Assembly: GCA_963805625.1 (NCBI GenBank)
Contig: CAWDVE010000019.1
Span: 576,001-640,000, forward strand
Direction of reading: 5' to 3'
DNA length: 64,000 nucleotides
Source: an uncultured Candidatus Rokubacteria bacterium
Lineage (GTDB): Bacteria; Methylomirabilota; Methylomirabilia; Rokubacteriales; DASRDR01
The notes below the pieces were generated by a model, which was not told the DNA's origin, searched no databases, and worked only from the letters and a program-made list of their open reading frames with translations. The translations under genes were made by a program, and so were the position numbers. This document shows positions 46,571 through 55,488 of the stretch, piece by piece (position 1 is the stretch's first letter; every line of letters begins with the position of its first letter).

Positions 46571-48076
46571 TCAGACCACGCCGGCGGAGACCGCCTGGCG
46601 CGACAAGGGCGCCTCGCCCAGCCGGGTGAGGGCCTGCTCCATCGCGCGCCCGAGCCGCCGGGCGCCCTCGACGATCCGGTCGGGCGGGAGCGCCGCGTAG
46701 CAAAGGCGGATGTGGTCCGCGCCGCCCCCGTTCGGGGTGAACGCCGAGCCGGGCCGCACTCCGACGCCATGCTCGAGCGCCACCGGCTGGAGTGCGTCCG
46801 TCGTGAGGGGCGCGGGTAGCGTGGCCCAGACGTAGTACGAGCCCCCGGGCACACGGAAGCGGAGCCGCGGGCAGTGCTGGCGGAGGGCGCTGACGAGCGC
46901 GTCCCGACGAACGCGGCACTCGACTCGAAGCCGGGCCAGGTGCCGCTCACCGTGGGGGCTGCCGATGAAGGCCGCGGCCAGGCGCTGCGTGAGCGCCGCG
47001 GTGTGGAGGTCCTCGAAGGTCTTGGCGACCGTGAGGGCGGCCATGGCGGGGATGGGCGCGACGAGCCAGCCGACACGGAGGCCGGGGAGCCCGAGCTTCG
47101 ATCCACCGCCCTGGTAGATGACGACGCCGGCCGCGTCCTGGGCCTTGAGCGCCGGCGGTGGCTCCTGCTCGAAGTAGAGATCCCCGTAGAGGTCGCTCTC
47201 CACGACCGGCACCCGGTACTGGAGCGCGAGCTCCAGCACGCGGCGCCGGCGGTCGGCGGTCAACACCGCTCCAGTGGGATTCTGGAACGCCGGGATGAGA
47301 TAGACCAGCTTCGGCCGGTAGCGCGCCAGGGCCTCCTCCAGCGCATCGATACGCACGCCGTCGTGGTCGACCGGGAGGCCGACGACGTCAGCCCCGGCCC
47401 ACCGGAACGTGAGGAACGCGCCCGGGTAGGTGGGGCTCTCCGTGAGGACGACGTCACCCGGGGTGAGGAAGGCCCGGGCGAGGACGTTCAGCCCCTGCTG
47501 GCCGCCGGTGGTCACGAGGATCTCCTCGGGAGTCGCGCGGATGCCGCGAGAGCGGAGCCAGCCCGAGAGGGTCTCCCGGAGCACCGGGTCGCCCCAGGCC
47601 GGCGCCGGATTGTAGAGGCTGCCATCGCCGCGGGGCAGGGCGTCGAGGAGCGAGTCGAGCGTCTCGACCGGGTATAGGTGAGGATCCGGGAGTCCCACCC
47701 CGAAGCCGATCACGTCCGGCCCGCCCGGTGCGGCGTACGCGACCTGCATGCCCTGGATCGCGACGGGCGCGATCCGCTGGGCCCAGGGGAGGGCGGCGTG
47801 ACGGGCATCGGGCGGGGTCCCCACGACGATGGTGCCCCGGCCCACGTGCCCCCGCAGGATGCCGCGGGCCTGGAGCTCCTGATAGGCCCCGGTCACGGTC
47901 GTTCGGCTCACCCCCAGGTCTAAGGCCAATTCACGCTCTGCAGGGAGCCGATCACCGACCCTGAGGCGCCCCGCCCGGAGCGCCTCCTCGACGGCCTGGG
48001 CGACCTGAAGATAGAGGGCCTCGCCCGAACTTGGGTCCGGTCGCCCAATCAATGGCTCATTACTGGAGTGTTTCAT
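46571..48076 (-). CDS. MocR/GabR-family regulator (GntR wHTH plus PLP aminotransferase domain)
   Basis: 'RLPAERELA..LGVSRTTV..AY..L', 'GRGT', 'QNPTG', 'SKLGLPGLRVGW'. Confidence 0.93.
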   Translation of the reverse strand: MKHSSNEPLIGRPDPSSGEALYLQVAQAVEEALRAGRLRVGDRLPAERELALDLGVSRTTVTGAYQELQARGILRGHVGRGTIVVGTPPDARHAALPWAQRIAPVAIQGMQVAYAAPGGPDVIGFGVGLPDPHLYPVETLDSLLDALPRGDGSLYNPAPAWGDPVLRETLSGWLRSRGIRATPEEILVTTGGQQGLNVLARAFLTPGDVVLTESPTYPGAFLTFRWAGADVVGLPVDHDGVRIDALEEALARYRPKLVYLIPAFQNPTGAVLTADRRRRVLELALQYRVPVVESDLYGDLYFEQEPPPALKAQDAAGVVIYQGGGSKLGLPGLRVGWLVAPIPAMAALTVAKTFEDLHTAALTQRLAAAFIGSPHGERHLARLRVECRVRRDALVSALRQHCPRLRFRVPGGSYYVWATLPAPLTTDALQPVALEHGVGVRPGSAFTPNGGGADHIRLCYAALPPDRIVEGARRLGRAMEQALTRLGEAPLSRQAVSAGVV

Positions 48077-48120
48077 TGGGTGGTCTCCTCCTGCCTGGCT
48101 CCTGCCCACCGCCGAACGCA

Positions 48121-48166
48121 CAATCCAGGACTCCTCATCAACTAAGTCCAAGTGTCATGATTGGAT
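48121..48166. promoter_or_regulatory. Putative MocR operator
   Basis: ATCCA (48123) and GTCCAA(48146-48151)-N9-TTGGAT(48161-48166) form direct and inverted repeats in an AT-rich divergent intergenic region. Confidence 0.5.
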
Positions 48167-48219
48167 ATTGCCACATGGCCGAGGATACCATAACGTCGAC
48201 GTCAAGGAGGATGGTGAAG

Positions 48220-48438
48220 ATGATCGAGTCCAGTCTGATGGTCGACGTCCTGATCCGCGAGCGGGAGGCAGAGCTGCGGGCTCTTGCCCTTCGTCGCGCT
48301 GCGTTCCGAGGCTCCGATTCGGCGCGTGACCGCCGGCACTCGCTCCGCGAGCGGCTCGGCTTTTCCCTGATCCAGGCCGGGCGGGCGCTGCTCCGGCACG
48401 GGTCGGCCTGCGCGCCGGCTTCGCGCCGCCTGGCCTGA
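48220..48438 (+). CDS. Small helical hypothetical protein
   Basis: AAGGAGG RBS; 'REREAELRALA...LRERLGFSLIQAGRAL'. Confidence 0.65.
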   Translation: MIESSLMVDVLIREREAELRALALRRAAFRGSDSARDRRHSLRERLGFSLIQAGRALLRHGSACAPASRRLA

Positions 48439-48449
48439 GGGAGGCTCCA

Positions 48450-48845
48450 ATGACGGTCCTGACCAACGTGCTCTCGCTACTGGTGGCGTGCGTTGTGGGG
48501 GTCGGGCCGGTCGCGCTTGTGGCGGTCCTCCAGAATCGTCGGGACCGCCGCGCGCAGGCGCTGTTTCACGAGGTAGCGAGCCAGCTCCCGGCCGAGGCGC
48601 TCAGGAGCGACGTCGCACTGGACGTGCGCTGCCGGCTGCTCTCCCGTGGCGCGACGGTGCGGCTCGACCTCGGGAGGGCCCCGTCCGCGCACATCTGGGA
48701 GACCGCAGCCCGGCTTCGCCGGGGGCTCCCGGCCTGGGTGCGGCTCAAGGTGGACGGGCACGTGGACGGCCCCCTGACCGTCCCGCGCCCGGTTCGCATC
48801 ACCGTCGAGAGCCCGGAGCCCGAGCCGCTCCGCCAGGCCGCCTGA
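48450..48845 (+). CDS. Hypothetical membrane-anchored protein
   Basis: GGGAGG RBS; N-terminal TM segment; 11 nt after the previous stop codon. Confidence 0.65.
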   Translation: MTVLTNVLSLLVACVVGVGPVALVAVLQNRRDRRAQALFHEVASQLPAEALRSDVALDVRCRLLSRGATVRLDLGRAPSAHIWETAARLRRGLPAWVRLKVDGHVDGPLTVPRPVRITVESPEPEPLRQAA

Positions 48846-48947
48846 CCGACAGGAACCGGGACTCCCGGGCCGCGAAGTTGCGGTCCGGGGCCCGGCCACC
48901 GGTGCCCCGAGGATCTGCCCGTCGAAGGCCGCGCCGCCTCGCGGCGG

Positions 48948-49967
48948 TCAGAAGCGGCTGCAGACCTTGCCGAAGTGCTGGCCGGCCGGCAGAGCCTTGA
49001 TCGCCTCGCCCACCTCCTCGAACGCGAAGCGCCGCTCGTCGACGGGCGGCTCGGTTCCGTGGAGCTCCATGGCGCGGACCATGTCCTCGAAGAGCTCGCG
49101 GCTTCCTACGGTGACGCCCTGGAGGCGGATGTTCTGCGTCACCACCGCGCCCAGGCTGAGCTGGGCGACCGCCCCCGCCAGGACGCCGATGAGCGCCACC
49201 GTGCCGCTCGTGCGCACCGAGCGGACCGCGGCATCGAGCGTGCCCGCGACCTCGACCACGAGGTCGACCCCCACGCCGTTAGTGACCTCCCGCGCGATCT
49301 TGTGCCAGTCGGGGTTGGTCTTGTAGTTGACGATGTGGTCCGCACCCATCGCGCGGACGCGCTCGAGCTTCGCGTCGCTCGACGAGGTCGCGAGGACGCG
49401 GGCCCCGTGCATCTTGGCGAACAGGAGGGCGAAGAGCGACACCCCGCCCGTTCCCTGGACGAGCACGACGTCCCCGGCCTTGACCCGGCCCTGCGCGACG
49501 ACGGCGTTCCAGGCGGTGACGGCGGCGCAGGGCAGGGTCGCCGCCTGCACCGCGTCCAGGTGGCGCGGCACGCGGACGACGCCCTCCTGGCTGAGCGCCA
49601 TGAACTCCTGCATCACGCCGGCCCGCGGGCCGCCGAGGGTCCCAGCCCAGTGAGCCTCGCGGAACGGACCGTTCCACCACGTCTGGTTGTAGATCGGGCA
49701 GACGAGGTCGCCTACCGCCACGCGCGAGACGCCGGGGCCGACCGCGATCACGTGCCCGGCGCCATCCGAGCAGGGGATGAGGGGCAGCGCGCCCCCCCGG
49801 CGGCCGTAGCCGCCGCACGCCATCACGTAGTCGCGGTAGTTGAGGGACGCGGCTTCCATCCGCAGCAGCACCTCGCCCGGGCCGACCTCGGGCGTCGACC
49901 GCTCCGCGAGCTTGATGTTGTCCGGGCTCCAGCTGTCCTGGATCTGCATGACCTTCATGCTCGGCAT
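48948..49967 (-). CDS. Zinc-type alcohol dehydrogenase-like NAD(P)H oxidoreductase (MDR)
   Basis: 'SLNYRD', 'PCSDGAG', 'LPCAAVTAW', 'GTGGVS', 'HFGKV'. Confidence 0.9.
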   Translation of the reverse strand: MPSMKVMQIQDSWSPDNIKLAERSTPEVGPGEVLLRMEAASLNYRDYVMACGGYGRRGGALPLIPCSDGAGHVIAVGPGVSRVAVGDLVCPIYNQTWWNGPFREAHWAGTLGGPRAGVMQEFMALSQEGVVRVPRHLDAVQAATLPCAAVTAWNAVVAQGRVKAGDVVLVQGTGGVSLFALLFAKMHGARVLATSSSDAKLERVRAMGADHIVNYKTNPDWHKIAREVTNGVGVDLVVEVAGTLDAAVRSVRTSGTVALIGVLAGAVAQLSLGAVVTQNIRLQGVTVGSRELFEDMVRAMELHGTEPPVDERRFAFEEVGEAIKALPAGQHFGKVCSRF

Positions 49968-50011
49968 GCGTGCGCTCCTCGTATGGGCGGACGGGGACTC
50001 GGGTAACGGCC

Positions 50012-50944
50012 TCAGTCCTTGCCCACCTCCGCCCGCGCCGCGCGGATGAGCTCGGGAAAGCTGTAGCTGGGGATCGCGCAGCCCGGGGCGATGAAGAGCT
50101 TTCGCGTCCCGGCCTCCGCGACGGCCGAGCGGACCTGCTCCCGGATCTTGGCGGCCGACGTGTACGGGAAGTTCGCGTGGTCGAGACCGCCCATCAGGGC
50201 CCGCGGGCTGATCCGGCGCATCAGCGTGAGCGGCGGGCCGGACTCCCGGTCCGCCCACGAGATCGCGTGGACCGGATAGTCCTGGATCCGGTCCAGGTAA
50301 AGCTCCTTCCCGTGGGCGTGGAGCACGTGGAACTCTCCGAAGGGGCGGATGGCCTCGAGGAACGCGATGTCGAACGGACGCATGAACCGCTCATACTGCT
50401 CCGCCGTCAGGGACTCCGGCGTGGCGGGCACGGAGTAGAAGATGCCCGACGCTCCCCCGTGGAGGCTCGTGATCGCGTAGCGGATGAGGTTGTCGTTGAC
50501 GACCGCCAGCGCGGCCTCGAGCTCCGCCGGGTGCTCCTGCATGAACGGCCCCATTGCTTCCTTGAGAACGTTGCGCTTCAGCGTGTTCCACGCGTTGAAG
50601 ACCGTGTCCACGACCAGCGCCTTGCCCCGGAGCGACTGGCCGATCAGGCGGATCGCTTCCAGCTGCTCACCGAGCGGTCCCTGCCGGACGTCGAAGGCCG
50701 TGATCCGCTTGAGGTCGCGCGGGTCGGTGAGGCTCTCGATGCTGCGCGGCATCGGGTAGGAGTAGTCGTTCATGACCTTGAGCCAGTCGAGGTTGTAGGC
50801 CTCGAAGAACTCCACGTGAGTCTGGGCCGTGCGCTCCGCCGGCGCGTGCTGGAGCCCGAAGTGGTACCAGACGCTGAAGGGGGGCTGGTCGACCTCGGCT
50901 CCCGACAGGGCAGCCCGGACGCGCTCGATCTTCGTCATGGTCAT
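50012..50944 (-). CDS. Uroporphyrinogen decarboxylase/MtaA-superfamily protein
   Basis: 'PPFSVWYHF', 'YERF..PFD', 'LHAHG', 'MGGLD', 'IAPGC.IP'. It lacks the HemE RQAGR motif, so it is not true HemE. Confidence 0.8.
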   Translation of the reverse strand: MTMTKIERVRAALSGAEVDQPPFSVWYHFGLQHAPAERTAQTHVEFFEAYNLDWLKVMNDYSYPMPRSIESLTDPRDLKRITAFDVRQGPLGEQLEAIRLIGQSLRGKALVVDTVFNAWNTLKRNVLKEAMGPFMQEHPAELEAALAVVNDNLIRYAITSLHGGASGIFYSVPATPESLTAEQYERFMRPFDIAFLEAIRPFGEFHVLHAHGKELYLDRIQDYPVHAISWADRESGPPLTLMRRISPRALMGGLDHANFPYTSAAKIREQVRSAVAEAGTRKLFIAPGCAIPSYSFPELIRAARAEVGKD

Positions 50945-50963
50945 GGCAGAGCTCCTCAGAGGG

Positions 50964-51503
50964 TCAGATGACGTAGAGCCAGGGACGCGTGAAGAGGGCG
51001 CCGGGCTTCCAGGATCCGGTCTCGGACAGCCAGCCGGTGGCCGCGTCGACGTCGGCCGTCCGGGCGACCGCCACCGTGCTTCCGTCCAGGAGGAAGCCCC
51101 CGAAGACGACACGGCCCGCGCCGCGCAGCTCGACGAGCGCGAGCTGGGCCATGTCGCGGTCGGCCGTGGGCCCCTCGACGACGAGGGCCGGACGGGAGCC
51201 GTCGAGGACCACCGGCGGCTCGGGCTCCCACGGGTCGACGAACGTCTCGAAGTTCCGCGGGACGTAGGCCGTCCACGCGCCCGCGCGGTGGTAGGGATCC
51301 TCCTCGACGATCGCGCGGAGGGCGCCGTGGTCCGGCACGCGATAGAAGAGCTCGGCGGTCCGGCCGCCCGGGTCGGGCCCGCCGGCCACGAGGGCGCCGG
51401 CCGCCCGGAGGTGGAGGAGTCGCTCGATGTGGGCCTGGCGGACCGGTGCCCGGCGGGCGAGGTAGTCCTCGGCGCAGGTGATCCGCACGTGAACGACGGT
51501 CAT
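50964..51503 (-). CDS. Tandem YciI-like protein
   Basis: 'RR..R.AH..L....G.LV.GGP', 'EDPY...G.W'; a second, degenerate repeat follows. Confidence 0.75.
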   Translation of the reverse strand: MTVVHVRITCAEDYLARRAPVRQAHIERLLHLRAAGALVAGGPDPGGRTAELFYRVPDHGALRAIVEEDPYHRAGAWTAYVPRNFETFVDPWEPEPPVVLDGSRPALVVEGPTADRDMAQLALVELRGAGRVVFGGFLLDGSTVAVARTADVDAATGWLSETGSWKPGALFTRPWLYVI

Positions 51504-51606
51504 CAGTACTCCTCGAGCCTTTGCGAGCCTGGGGACTGCGGAACGGGGCCGTCCCCTTCCGGGGCATGATACCCCCGGACGGCGGCGCGCGGGGGGCCGA
51601 CCGGGG

Positions 51607-54165
51607 CTACTCGCCCCGAAGGACGGGCAGGGGCTTCCGGCCCAGCAGGCGGAACGTGCCCAGGAAGCCCACGCCGACGGCGAGGGCGACGGTTGCCAGG
51701 AGCGCCACGCCGACGGGGGCCACCTCGAGCACCGGGGGCACGTCGAGAACGAAGCGCAGGACGAGCCACGCCGTGAGGGCGCCGGTCGTCGCCCCGCCGA
51801 GCCCGGCCACCAGCCCGAGACAGCCGTACTCGACGGCGAAGGCGCGCGCCACCCGGCCTCGCGTGGCGCCGAGGGTGCGAAGGAGCACCGACTCGTAGAG
51901 CCGCTGCGCTCGGCTCTGGGCGAGGGCCTCGGCCATCACGGTGAAGCCGGCGCCGAGGACGAAGAGCGCGACCAGCCGGACCGCGACCGCGATGCGGTCG
52001 ACCACGCCCGTCACACGCTCGAGGACGTCGCGGACCGGGATGGCCGTGACGTTCGGGAAGGCCGCCGCGACGCGCTCCTGGACGGCGCCGTCCGCGCCGG
52101 GGGGGACCCGAGCCGTCGCCAGGTAGGCGAGCGGCGCTCCGTCGAGCGGCCCCGGCGAGAAGATCACGAAGAAGTTCGCGCCGAGCGTCTGCCAGTCCAC
52201 CTTGCGGAGGCTCAGCACCTCTGCTTGCACCGGCACCCCCTGGACGTCGAAGGTGAGGGTGCCGCCGAGGTCGACGCCGAGCGCGCGCGCCGCTTCCGCC
52301 TCGACCGAGACCCACGCCCGGCCCCGGTCGCTCGCGGTCCACCAGCGGCCGCGGGTGACGACCGTGCCCGCCGGCGGCTCGTCGGCGAACGTCAAGACGT
52401 ACTCGCGCGTGAAGCGCCACGCATCCTCGCGGCCCGCCCATCGCTCGCGCACGATCGGCGTTCCGTTGATCCCGGTGAGCCGCGCGCGGACGATGGGCAC
52501 GAGCGCTGCGGGGGACGCGCCGGGGATGGCCGCGATCGTCTGGCGGAAGGCGTCCGCCTGATCCGGCTGCACGTCGACGAAGAAGAAGGAGGGCGCCTCG
52601 CGGCGGCGCTCGAGGTCGAGCTGACGCGTGAGCCCCCGTTCGAGGAGCGCGACGGCGGTCAGGAGCGTCACACCGATGCCAAGCGCCACCGTCACCCCGA
52701 TCGTCTGGCTTCCGGGGCGGGTCAGCGCGTGGAGCCCCTGGCGCCACGCGAGGGAGCGCGGGCGCGGGAGCCGCCCGGCGAGCCGCCGGGTGGCCCACGC
52801 GGCGAGGACGAGGAGGCCGAGCGCTCCCGCGGCCGCCGCGAGGAAGATGGCGCCGATCCGGAGCGGGCCCGCTTGCCAGAGCGCGAGCGCGGCCAGTCCG
52901 CCGGCCACGGCGCCCCCGGTCGCCCAGGGTCGGCGCGGCCGCACGCTCCCGGCGTTGACCGGGTGCCGGAGCAGGATCGCCGGCGGCACGGCACGCGCAG
53001 AGAGGAGCGGCCAGAGCGCGAAGAGGAGCGTCGCCAGGCACCCGGCCAGGAGCCCGGTCGCCACGGCCCCGGGAGCTGCGCGCGCCTCGAGGTCGAAGGG
53101 GACGAACGGCTGGAGCAGCGGCCCGAGCGCGAGCTGGGCGGCGGTGCCGAGGGCCGCGCCCGCGAGGCTCCCGAGCACGCCGAGGGCAAGCGCCTGGACG
53201 ACGTACACCGCGGTCAGCGTCCGCGCGCTCGCCCCGAGGCAGCGGAGGATGGCGATCGTCCCCACCTTTCGCGCGAGGAACGCGCGCACGGCGGCCGCCA
53301 CGCCGATGCCGCCGACGAGCAGGCTCGTGACGCCCACCAGGCGAAGGTAGGTGGTGAGCTGGTCGAAGAAGCGGCGGAGCCCGGGCTGAGCCTCGTCGAA
53401 GGTGGCGACGCGCACGGCAGGGTCCGCCATCGCCTCGATCAGGGCGGCCCGCGCCGCGCGCGGCTCGAGCCCGGCGGGGAGGCGCACGAGCGTGCGGTGC
53501 CGCACGCGGCTGCCGAACCGGACGAGCCCCGTCGCCTCGAGGCTCGCGGCGTTCAGGAGCACGCGCGGCCCGAGCGTGAAGAGCGACGCTGCCCGGTCGG
53601 GCTCCTTCCGGACGATGCCGGTCACGGTGAGGTTCGCGTCGCCGATGGCGAGCGTGTCGCCGGTCGCAAGGCCGAGCCGCCCGAGGACGGCTTCCTCGAC
53701 CACGACGCCTCCGCCGGCGAGGAGCTGGTCGAGCGGCCGCGCGGGCACGGTGTCGAGCCGCCCATAGAGGGGATAGCCGCCGTCGACCGCCTTCAGCTCG
53801 ACGAGGAGCGTGCCGCCCCGGGCGGGATTCCGGGCCATCGCCACCAGCTCGCGCACCCGGGCCACGGCCGCGCCGCGTCGCGCGAGGTCCCGGACCGGCG
53901 CCTCCGCCGCGGGATCGAGCGGGCGGCCCGAGCGCAGCTCGACGTCACCCCCGAGGAGGGCGCGCGCCTCCCGGCCGAGCGAACGGTCGAGCGACGCGGC
54001 CACACTCAGGACCGCCACGAGGGCGCCCACCCCGAGCGCGATGCACGCGAGGAAGCCAGCGAAGTGTCGCCACGCGCCGCGCGTCTCCCGCCAGGCGAGG
54101 CCCGCGACGAGACGCCAGGGGAGAGCGGGGGGCTCGGGCGCGGCAGCCAACGGCGGCGGCCTCAC
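51607..54165 (-). CDS. ybbP: YbbP-like FtsX-family ABC permease
   Basis: 'LAWRE', 'LLGGD', 'VELKAVD..YPLYG', 'PSFFFVDVQPDQ', 'R.VDW.....NFF', 'LRTLGATR'. Confidence 0.88.
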   Translation of the reverse strand: MRPPPLAAAPEPPALPWRLVAGLAWRETRGAWRHFAGFLACIALGVGALVAVLSVAASLDRSLGREARALLGGDVELRSGRPLDPAAEAPVRDLARRGAAVARVRELVAMARNPARGGTLLVELKAVDGGYPLYGRLDTVPARPLDQLLAGGGVVVEEAVLGRLGLATGDTLAIGDANLTVTGIVRKEPDRAASLFTLGPRVLLNAASLEATGLVRFGSRVRHRTLVRLPAGLEPRAARAALIEAMADPAVRVATFDEAQPGLRRFFDQLTTYLRLVGVTSLLVGGIGVAAAVRAFLARKVGTIAILRCLGASARTLTAVYVVQALALGVLGSLAGAALGTAAQLALGPLLQPFVPFDLEARAAPGAVATGLLAGCLATLLFALWPLLSARAVPPAILLRHPVNAGSVRPRRPWATGGAVAGGLAALALWQAGPLRIGAIFLAAAAGALGLLVLAAWATRRLAGRLPRPRSLAWRQGLHALTRPGSQTIGVTVALGIGVTLLTAVALLERGLTRQLDLERRREAPSFFFVDVQPDQADAFRQTIAAIPGASPAALVPIVRARLTGINGTPIVRERWAGREDAWRFTREYVLTFADEPPAGTVVTRGRWWTASDRGRAWVSVEAEAARALGVDLGGTLTFDVQGVPVQAEVLSLRKVDWQTLGANFFVIFSPGPLDGAPLAYLATARVPPGADGAVQERVAAAFPNVTAIPVRDVLERVTGVVDRIAVAVRLVALFVLGAGFTVMAEALAQSRAQRLYESVLLRTLGATRGRVARAFAVEYGCLGLVAGLGGATTGALTAWLVLRFVLDVPPVLEVAPVGVALLATVALAVGVGFLGTFRLLGRKPLPVLRGE

Positions 54166-54836
54166 GTGGCGGCGCGGTCCCCCACCACGCGGCCGTCCCG
54201 GAGCTCCACGATCCGCTCGGCGTGGGCGGCGAGAGCGGGGTCGTGGGTCACCAGGATCAGCGTCGTCCCGTGGCGCCGGTGGAGGCCGACGAGGAGATCG
54301 ACGATCTGGGCGCCCGTCGCGGAGTCGAGGTTGCCCGTTGGCTCGTCCGCGAGTACGAGACCCGGGCGGTTCGCGACGGCCCGCGCGAGTGCGACCCGCT
54401 GCTGCTCGCCACCCGACAGCTCCGCGGGGTAGTGGTCCACGCGCATCTTGAGCCCCACCTCCTCGAGGAGCGCGCTCGCCTGCCGGGCGGGCTCCCGCAC
54501 GCCCGCCAGCTCGAGCGGGATGGCGACGTTCTCGAGCGCGGTGAGCGTCGGGATCAAGTGGAAGGCCTGGAACACGTAGCCGATCTTCGCGAGGCGGAGC
54601 CGGGCGAGAGCGTCCTCGTCGAGGGAGGCGAGATCGACACCGTCCACCCGGATGGAGCCCGCCGTCGGACGGTCGAGCCCGGCGACCAGCCCGAGGAGGG
54701 TGGACTTGCCGCTCCCGGACGGGCCCGTGATCGCCACGAACTGGCCCGGGGGGACGTCCAGCGTGACGCCGTCCAGGATGGTCACGACGCCGGCGGCGCT
54801 CCGGAGCCGCATGACGAGGTCGCGGACCTGGACCAT
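54162..54836 (-). CDS. ybbA: YbbA-like ABC ATP-binding protein
   Basis: 'GPSGSGKST', 'FQAFHLIPTLTALENV', 'LSGGEQQRVA', 'ADEPTGNLD'; alternative start GTG 54842. Confidence 0.9.
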   Translation of the reverse strand: MVQVRDLVMRLRSAAGVVTILDGVTLDVPPGQFVAITGPSGSGKSTLLGLVAGLDRPTAGSIRVDGVDLASLDEDALARLRLAKIGYVFQAFHLIPTLTALENVAIPLELAGVREPARQASALLEEVGLKMRVDHYPAELSGGEQQRVALARAVANRPGLVLADEPTGNLDSATGAQIVDLLVGLHRRHGTTLILVTHDPALAAHAERIVELRDGRVVGDRAAT

Positions 54837-54861
54837 GCGCACCTCATATTACACTGTACTC

Positions 54862-55488
54862 ATGCGGCGACTCCGTGCAGGTGGGATCGCGCTGGTGCTC
54901 GGCATCCTGGCCGGGCTCGCCTCGCCCGCTCCAGGGAGCGAGCGCGTCGTCGTCGCCTTCGGCGACAGCCTAACGGCGGGCCTCGGCGTGGCCGCCGACG
55001 AGGCGTGGCCCGCACTGGTCGAGGCCCGGCTCAGGCGCGAGGGCTACCCGTACCGCGTCGTGAACGCCGGCGTGAGCGGAGACACGACGGCCGGCGGTCT
55101 CCGCCGGGTGGACTGGGTGCTGCGGAACCGGCCCGAGGTGGCCGTGGTCGCGCTCGGCGCGAACGACGGGCTCCGCGGCCTCGCGACCGACGCCATGGAG
55201 AGGAATCTCGTCGCGATCGTCGAGCGCCTCCGGGCCGGCGGGGCGCGTGTCCTCGTCGCGGGGATGGAGGTGCCGCCCAACTACGGGGCGGCGTACACGC
55301 GCGCGTTCCGCGGGGTGTTTCCCGACGTCGCGCGGCGGACGGGGTCGGCGCTGATGCCGTTCCTTCTTGCCGGTGTCGCGGCCGACCCTCGCCTGAACCT
55401 GGCCGACGGCATTCACCCGAACGCCGCCGGCTACCAGGCCATCGCCGAGCACGTCTGGCCCTACCTGATCGCGCTGCTGACGCGATGA
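54862..55488 (+). CDS. tesA: TesA-like arylesterase/acyl-CoA thioesterase (SGNH)
   Basis: 'FGDSLTAG', 'NAGVSGDTT', 'LGANDGLRG', 'DGIHPN'; divergent from ybbA as in E. coli. Confidence 0.92.
   Translation: MRRLRAGGIALVLGILAGLASPAPGSERVVVAFGDSLTAGLGVAADEAWPALVEARLRREGYPYRVVNAGVSGDTTAGGLRRVDWVLRNRPEVAVVALGANDGLRGLATDAMERNLVAIVERLRAGGARVLVAGMEVPPNYGAAYTRAFRGVFPDVARRTGSALMPFLLAGVAADPRLNLADGIHPNAAGYQAIAEHVWPYLIALLTR

Noticed and set aside
50012-50944. hemE
   Set aside because: It lacks the HemE N-terminal RQAGR motif; only superfamily membership is supported.
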